From the UHGV virus genome UHGV-1717814: a stretch of DNA of 10,525 nucleotides; one strand, given 5' to 3'. Under the pieces are notes generated by a model. That model was not told where the DNA came from, ran no database searches, and worked only from the letters and a program-made list of their open reading frames with translations. The position numbers and the translations under genes are program-made. The stretch is from a virus. Positions 6,692 to 10,525 of the stretch are shown here, in pieces (position 1 is the stretch's first letter; every line of letters begins with the position of its first letter).

Positions 6692-7036
6692 TCAGAAATC
6701 TTCGATGTTCCAGCCACCACCTGCTTTCTTTGGTTTAACCGTTACCCCGATGATTCGGAACGGATACTGATCTGCGGCGACTTTGGTTTTCACCCTGGCG
6801 TCGTCGGTCCAGAAACCTTTCACTTCGTGCAGTTCCATCTCGCCGGTGGCGAGCATCACAGCGAAATCTGGCGTATAGAACGTGTTATTAGCTAACCGCA
6901 GCTTGATACCCTCGAATCGATACCAGGCGATTTCCCCTGCACGTTTACGCTGCTCAAGGTGCTGGCAATACGCAGATTCTGTTTTGTTCATCTGGCCTGT
7001 TTTGAGTCGACCAAGAGCCTGCATCTGTTTTCTCAT
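6692..7036 (-). CDS. Small PD-(D/E)xK-like nuclease-fold protein, 114 aa (DUF1064-like)
   Basis: Segment YTPDFAVMLATGEMELHEVKG contains a PD...(E)xK arrangement. ATG at 7034-7036 with GAGGT 5 nt upstream. Family assignment from memory. Confidence 0.6.
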   Translation of the reverse strand: MRKQMQALGRLKTGQMNKTESAYCQHLEQRKRAGEIAWYRFEGIKLRLANNTFYTPDFAVMLATGEMELHEVKGFWTDDARVKTKVAADQYPFRIIGVTVKPKKAGGGWNIEDF

Positions 7037-7039
7037 GAT

Positions 7040-7116
7040 TTACCTCTGAGGTAATTAAAAACCACATAAGACACGAAATCAATAGGGTTTAGAATATTTT
7101 ATTACCTGATGGGTAA
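7040..7116 (-). promoter_or_regulatory. Operator-flanked promoter driving the accessory operon (minus strand)
   Basis: Perfect TTACC-N5-GGTAA at 7040-7054 and 7102-7116. Between them, on the minus strand: -35 TTGATT (7077-7082), 17-nt spacer, -10 TTTAAT (7054-7059). Same geometry as the PL-like region, including a 19-nt gap between the upstream operator and the -35. Confidence 0.5.
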
Positions 7117-7153
7117 TTATTTGAGCGTAAAAAAATGCGCTATCGCGCTGGTA

Positions 7154-7939
7154 TTACTTGATAAATCCTGCCGCCTTTCCCCGCCTGTATTCCTCCATCA
7201 GCCACTGCGCCGGTGTTATTCCCCCAAGGGTGGCGGCGTTAGGCATGCACCCGAAACTTCGCCCAGGTGGATGGTAAACGTCTCTCCCTGTGTCCGGAGG
7301 TGTACTCATGGGCTCTGGCTTTGCCTGTATGCTGATCACCGGATCGGGTATCTGCTGTCCGGAAGCCACCTTTTTCGCCCAATCATCGAGCAGCCTGCGC
7401 GCGTGTTTCTCAACCTCAATCTCGCTAAGCTGGCGCTGATACATTGCACGGCGGGTATCACATACGACCCAGTACATAACCGGATGTCGCCACGGGAATC
7501 TTTCGGGACCACCAGGATATAAACTTTTTTCCTTGCTGTACCGGTGAAACTCCGCCATCACATCGTCAATGGTGACGCCAAGAACCATCTTGCTGTCTTT
7601 ACACCACTTGATGAATTGCCCTGGCGACGGCCAGAACGGAGACTCACTGGCGCGGGCGTGGCGCATACCAGCAGAAACCTGTTCACGGGTTCGGATCCCC
7701 CCTTCGGCAAACGCAGCAATCCACTGCTGTTTTGCAGCAACTTCCTGCTCTGGCGTCTTCAGGTTGGTTACCACTGCCGCCGGAAACAGTTGTTTCAGCT
7801 GCTTGAAAAGGGCATCAACAAGCCTCTCTGCTGACATGTTCACTACGTTGTCATTGTTGGTGTACTGATGCTCATAACCTGACATGCGAGAAAGGGCTTC
7901 TCCGTCACGGTTTTGTATCGCGGTAAAAACGTTGTTCAC
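7154..7939 (-). CDS. Replication protein P-like (DnaB helicase loader), about 261 aa
   Basis: Segment LFKQLKQLFPAA...QQWIAAFAEGGIRTREQVSAGMRHARASESPFWPSPGQFIKWCKD aligns by eye with lambda P as I recall it (...RRQWVLAFRENGITTMEQVNAGMRVARRQNRPFLPSPGQFVAWCRE). ORF track begins at the GTG at 7954; I prefer the GTG at 7937-7939, which overlaps the O-like stop (GTGA) with GGAGGA 5 nt upstream. Confidence 0.85.
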   Translation of the reverse strand: MNNVFTAIQNRDGEALSRMSGYEHQYTNNDNVVNMSAERLVDALFKQLKQLFPAAVVTNLKTPEQEVAAKQQWIAAFAEGGIRTREQVSAGMRHARASESPFWPSPGQFIKWCKDSKMVLGVTIDDVMAEFHRYSKEKSLYPGGPERFPWRHPVMYWVVCDTRRAMYQRQLSEIEVEKHARRLLDDWAKKVASGQQIPDPVISIQAKPEPMSTPPDTGRDVYHPPGRSFGCMPNAATLGGITPAQWLMEEYRRGKAAGFIK

Positions 7940-8751
7940 AAGAAATCCTCCCACGCTTCAGGGCTGTTCCAGTGCGGAACGTTGTTATCAGGTAATGTTG
8001 ATTGCTTCTGTCTGCTAATCTGCAGCCGCCTTGCCAGCTTCTGCTCCCACTGTGCCTGATGGTATGCCTTACCCTCAGCCATCCAGTAAATTCTGAACTC
8101 TGCAAGTTCCTGTGCCGTTGGCAGACTGTCCAGGTAGATCCCCTGCAATGAGCTTTTCCGAAGAAAGTCATCTGATGGCTGCCATTGTTCATGCATGACA
8201 AATTTGCCTAATTGCCCTGGCCCACCAGGAGGAACAAAGTTATTCATCACGGCGTTGTTTGCGCCTGGGTCATGATGCACAGAATCCCCGTTTTTTGTCC
8301 TGCTCTCCCTCTCTTGGTTAAATGACTGGTTATATGACTGGTTCTGGATCCCGTTTTTGGGATCATTCAACATCCCGTTTTTGGGATCATTCAACATCCC
8401 GTTTTTGGGTATATTCCCGTTTTCGGTAACATTACCGTTTTCGGGTTCATTGCCCCCCTCTCGGTTGCCTTTAATGTTCCCGTTTTTGGTTATATTAAGA
8501 GAGAAAACCCGCACTCTTTTTGTCGCTCCCTTTCTCTCCCCGGTATCTGAAATAAGCCCCATTTTCATGAGCGATATAAGTCCGGCCTGCACGGTTTTTT
8601 TATTCAGGCAAGTGTCTTTAACGAGGCGTTCTATGCTGGGGTAGCAGAGGTTATATTCATCGGCTCTGTCAGCCATCGAGAGCAGTATGAGCTTTAATGA
8701 CGAGCTACCTGGATCTGTCTCCCAGGCCCAATCTGTTGCATGTCTGCTCAT
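7936..8751 (-). CDS. Replication initiator, O-like, 271 aa, with an internal low-complexity N/G/K-rich region encoded by the origin iterons
   Basis: Sits immediately upstream of, and coupled to, the P-like gene. Contains the iteron array at 8284-8497. ATG at 8749-8751 with GGAG 9 nt upstream. Confidence 0.75.
   Translation of the reverse strand: MSRHATDWAWETDPGSSSLKLILLSMADRADEYNLCYPSIERLVKDTCLNKKTVQAGLISLMKMGLISDTGERKGATKRVRVFSLNITKNGNIKGNREGGNEPENGNVTENGNIPKNGMLNDPKNGMLNDPKNGIQNQSYNQSFNQERESRTKNGDSVHHDPGANNAVMNNFVPPGGPGQLGKFVMHEQWQPSDDFLRKSSLQGIYLDSLPTAQELAEFRIYWMAEGKAYHQAQWEQKLARRLQISRQKQSTLPDNNVPHWNSPEAWEDFL
8284..8497. repeat. Iteron array, putative replication origin inside the O-like gene
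   Basis: Two perfect 24-bp direct repeats ATCCCGTTTTTGGGATCATTCAAC (8348-8371, 8372-8395) plus at least four degenerate copies sharing CCCGTTTT(T)GG (around 8284, 8396, 8417, 8435, 8478). Confidence 0.7.
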
Positions 8752-8766
8752 GATTAATCTCCGCTA

Positions 8767-8967
8767 TCAGCTTGAATGTTGTGGGGAGGAATTAATCATG
8801 ATCTGCTTAATCTCTGCCCTGATACGACGGTTTGATTCCATGGTGCACTCAACACAGTGTCCGTTGTAAACCCAGCGTTCACTGTCATGTCCGTGCTTAC
8901 ATGTTTTTCCGGTGTAGTAGCGTTTAAGTCCGCGCTTTGCGGCATCAATACGTGTAATGATTTCCAT
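8767..8967 (-). CDS. Small zinc-ribbon-like protein, 66 aa, in the position lambda uses for cII
   Basis: Internal ATG at 8965-8967 (MEIITRIDAAKRGLKRYYTGKTCKHGHDSERWVYNGHCVECT...); C-x-H-G-H...C-x2-C spacing. The longer track ORF from 9036 has a hydrophobic, unlikely extension. The ribosome-binding site is weak. Confidence 0.45.
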   Translation of the reverse strand: MEIITRIDAAKRGLKRYYTGKTCKHGHDSERWVYNGHCVECTMESNRRIRAEIKQIMINSSPQHSS

Positions 8968-9047
8968 GGTAAGCCCTGTTATTAGTATTGGGATTACGGT
9001 TATTTTGTGCTGACACAAAAAAAAGATCAACCACATTTGGTTTTTTA

Positions 9048-9062
9048 TTACCTTTGAGGTAC
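9048..9062. promoter_or_regulatory. Near-perfect operator-like palindrome TTACC-tttga-GGTAC
   Basis: One mismatch in the right half-site; lies just downstream of the cro-proximal terminator. Confidence 0.3.
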
Positions 9063-9073
9063 GAATAGATATG

Positions 9074-9095
9074 AAAAGACCGCCGGATGGCGGTC
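9074..9095 (-). terminator. tR1-like rho-independent terminator just after the Cro-like gene
   Basis: GACCGCC (9078-9084), loop ggat, GGCGGTC (9089-9095); on the minus strand it is followed by TTTT (complement of 9074-9077). Confidence 0.5.
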
Positions 9096-9117
9096 TACAG
9101 AGGGTTGTGGCTGGATA

Positions 9118-9348
9118 TCATGAGTAGAAGAAGTATGCCAGTTCTGCTTTTGAGCACAGCCATTGTCTTGATTTACAGGCTTTAAAAAGCCCATCCATCA
9201 ATACCTTACCTGGCATTTTGCGCTTACCTGTTAAGTGAGTCTGGATATAGTGACTCGTCGTTCCGGCTTCCTGTGCGAAGGCTTCACGCTCATCCGGAGT
9301 AAGTGCAAGCCAGTGCTTTTTGAAATCGAAATGTCCGTTATCGCTCAT
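9118..9348 (-). CDS. Cro-like HTH regulator, 76 aa (YdaS-like)
   Basis: Divergent from the repressor gene across an operator-rich gap. Segment FAQEAGTTSHYIQTHLTGKRKMP resembles the YdaS/Cro-type HTH as I recall it. Confidence 0.65.
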   Translation of the reverse strand: MSDNGHFDFKKHWLALTPDEREAFAQEAGTTSHYIQTHLTGKRKMPGKVLMDGLFKACKSRQWLCSKAELAYFFYS

Positions 9349-9384
9349 AGCTATTGCCTGATATTTATTTCAGATAATAAATAT

Positions 9385-9447
9385 TCACCTATAAGGTAAC
9401 AAAAATCAAGGATAGTTACCCATGAGGTGCATTTACCTGTTGGGTAA
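9385..9447. promoter_or_regulatory. Tripartite OR-like operator region with divergent promoters
   Basis: TCACC-tataa-GGTAA (9385-9399), TTACC-catga-GGTGC (9416-9430), perfect TTACC-tgttg-GGTAA (9433-9447). Candidate minus-strand promoter for the Cro-like gene: TTGATT, 17 nt, GAATAT, overlapping the first two sites. Confidence 0.6.
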
Positions 9448-9502
9448 TATTGCTTTAAATTGAATCATCTTCTGATTCAGATATGAGGCGATTTTCCAGA
9501 AA

Positions 9503-10087
9503 ATGAAAAGTATCCAGGACGTCCGCAGGCAAAATCTCAACGACTTGATCGACCGTGAATTCAATGGTGTTCAGACGCGGATGGCTGAAAAACTTGGAAC
9601 TCAGGCAAATCTGGTAAACCGCTGGGCTCTTGGCAAGAAGGTTATCGGCGACCAGGTTGCGCGAAAAATTGAAGCTGCCGCCAATAAACCCCGTAACTGG
9701 CTTGATATCGATCGCTCGCTTTCTCAGGAAGGTTTTCAGCCTGTCGGCCCGAGTGATATAGGTCAGCTGGCTGCTCACAACCTGGAACGCTGGATGAGCG
9801 AAAGCCGCGACCTTTCAACGCAGGGAAAACTACACCGCGCATCCGGCGTCGCCCAGGTGACAATCAGCCGCCTGTTAAACAATGAGGTCAGCGTTTCCAT
9901 TTCCACCCTGGAGAATGTTGCATCCGCATTCGGGCGTCATGGCTATGAATTACTGATTCACCCGCACGACCCTGCGACTATCAACTATGACCGCTCGCGC
10001 TACGCATTGTTACCCGAAACCGAGAAAGCAAAGATCGAAAGTTACATTGAATTTGTCATCAACCAGAACGAAAAAAACAAACAATAA
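9503..10087 (+). CDS. Immunity repressor candidate, 194 aa, with two XRE-type HTH segments and no recognisable S24 autocleavage domain
   Basis: HTH-like segments QTRMAEKLGTQANLVNRWALGKK and GKLHRASGVAQVTISRLLNNEVSVSISTLENVASAF. Divergent from the Cro-like gene and followed by a terminator. Absence of the peptidase domain judged by eye and by the short length. Confidence 0.7.
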   Translation: MKSIQDVRRQNLNDLIDREFNGVQTRMAEKLGTQANLVNRWALGKKVIGDQVARKIEAAANKPRNWLDIDRSLSQEGFQPVGPSDIGQLAAHNLERWMSESRDLSTQGKLHRASGVAQVTISRLLNNEVSVSISTLENVASAFGRHGYELLIHPHDPATINYDRSRYALLPETEKAKIESYIEFVINQNEKNKQ

Positions 10088-10107
10088 AACCATATTTTTC
10101 AGTAAGT

Positions 10108-10133
10108 AAGCCGCCTTATGGCGGCTTTTTTAT
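10108..10133 (+). terminator. Rho-independent terminator after the repressor gene
   Basis: AAGCCGCC (10108-10115), loop TTAT, GGCGGCTT (10120-10127), then T-run to 10133. Confidence 0.6.
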
Positions 10134-10144
10134 TGCCTATTCGA

Positions 10145-10221
10145 TTACCTAACGGGTAATTTTTTTAACTCATATCTATTGACATCAAACCATATACGCA
10201 TAATTATTACCTCAACGGTAA
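10145..10221 (+). promoter_or_regulatory. PL-like promoter flanked by two operators
   Basis: Perfect TTACC-taacg-GGTAA (10145-10159) and TTACC-tcaac-GGTAA (10207-10221). Between them: -35 TTGACA (10179-10184), 17-nt spacer, -10 AATTAT (10202-10207). Confidence 0.55.
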
Positions 10222-10240
10222 CAGACCGAGGTAACAAGTT

Positions 10241-10393
10241 ATGCAGTGGAAAATCATCAACGGTTGGTACTGCGTTACTGCATGCGGATTCATGAGCTGG
10301 AAGTTCCGCACCTTACAGGAAGGCATTAAGTGGGCTTTCGTCAGCAAAGAAGCTCGCGATGTGGCCAACGATAACGAGATATGGGAGGGCTGA
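10241..10393 (+). CDS. Small early-left ORF, 50 aa (MQWKIINGWYCVTACGFMSWKF...)
   Basis: Below ORF-track cut-off. ATG at 10241 with GAGGT 9 nt upstream, immediately downstream of the PL-like promoter. Confidence 0.45.
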   Translation: MQWKIINGWYCVTACGFMSWKFRTLQEGIKWAFVSKEARDVANDNEIWEG

Positions 10394-10395
10394 TA

Positions 10396-10494
10396 ATGAA
10401 CGTTAATCAGCAGAAAAATCTTCAAAAAATCATGCTGGCATTCGACAAGGACTACCGTCTGTCAGAACAGCTATATGACCGACAAGTTGAACTG
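10396..10494 (+). CDS. 5' part of an early-left ORF (MNVNQQKNLQKIMLAFDKDYRLSEQLYDRQVEL...), truncated by the adapter
   Basis: ATG at 10396 with GGGAGGG 8 nt upstream. The reading frame continues into adapter sequence, so the true downstream sequence is unknown. Confidence 0.35.
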
Positions 10495-10525
10495 CTGTCT
10501 CTTATACACATCTCCGAGCCCACGA
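10495..10525. other. Illumina Nextera / Tn5 mosaic-end adapter sequence (technical artefact)
   Basis: CTGTCTCTTATACACATCTCCGAGCCCACGA is an exact 31-nt match to the Nextera read-through adapter (19-bp mosaic end plus CCGAGCCCACGA), recalled from memory. Confidence 0.9.

Noticed and set aside
7117-7153. Terminator after the P-like gene (GCGC-gata-GCGC followed by seven T on the minus strand)
   Set aside because: The stem is only 4 bp; too weak to call without folding energy calculation.
7544-7868. Plus-strand ORFs 7544-7834 and 7569-7868, minus-strand 7558-7740
   Set aside because: Embedded in the P-like gene, whose frame is supported by similarity to lambda P.
8284-8497. Possible CRISPR array
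   Set aside because: The repeats abut directly with no unique spacers, are degenerate, and lie inside the O-like coding sequence; this is an iteron origin.
8357-8644. Plus-strand ORF (95 aa) rich in F/P/L
   Set aside because: It is the antisense reading of the iteron repeats inside the O-like gene.
9455-9863. Minus-strand ORFs 9455-9778 and 9642-9863
   Set aside because: Antisense to the repressor gene, which has coherent HTH segments in its own frame.
10495-10525. Genuine Tn5 insertion
   Set aside because: The sequence is the engineered mosaic end followed by Nextera-specific adapter bases, not a native Tn5 outside or inside end.

Overview
The window reads as the regulatory, replication and DNA-packaging part of a lambdoid-type temperate phage or phage-derived element, ending in a sequencing-adapter artefact. 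Calls rest on reading the sequence and on recalled family resemblance; no database search was run. Coordinates for CDSs include the stop codon. On the + strand: a tRNA-Arg(UCU) with its own terminator (46-207), a small gene (326-697), a dual-HTH repressor (9503-10087), a PL-like operator/promoter and two small early-left ORFs. On the - strand, a single long transcription direction: Cro-like regulator, small zinc-ribbon ORF, O-like initiator with an internal iteron origin, lambda P-like helicase loader, then about 4 kb of tightly coupled accessory genes (PD-(D/E)xK-like small nuclease, coiled-coil protein, acidic protein, Ea22-like, three micro-ORFs, DUF551-like, a 40-aa hydrophobic peptide, a basic Cys-cluster protein), a terminator, and terS-terL. 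Most notable: (1) a 15-bp palindrome TTACC-N5-GGTAA occurs perfectly six times and imperfectly three times, at the cro/repressor region, the PL-like promoter, a third internal promoter and directly upstream of terS; (2) an identical 14-mer CGTGACATGTCACA brackets the terS-terL module; (3) no Q antiterminator, holin, endolysin or head/tail genes are recognisable, and terL is the last gene of its operon, facing the tRNA; (4) the last 31 nt are an exact Nextera/Tn5 adapter match.
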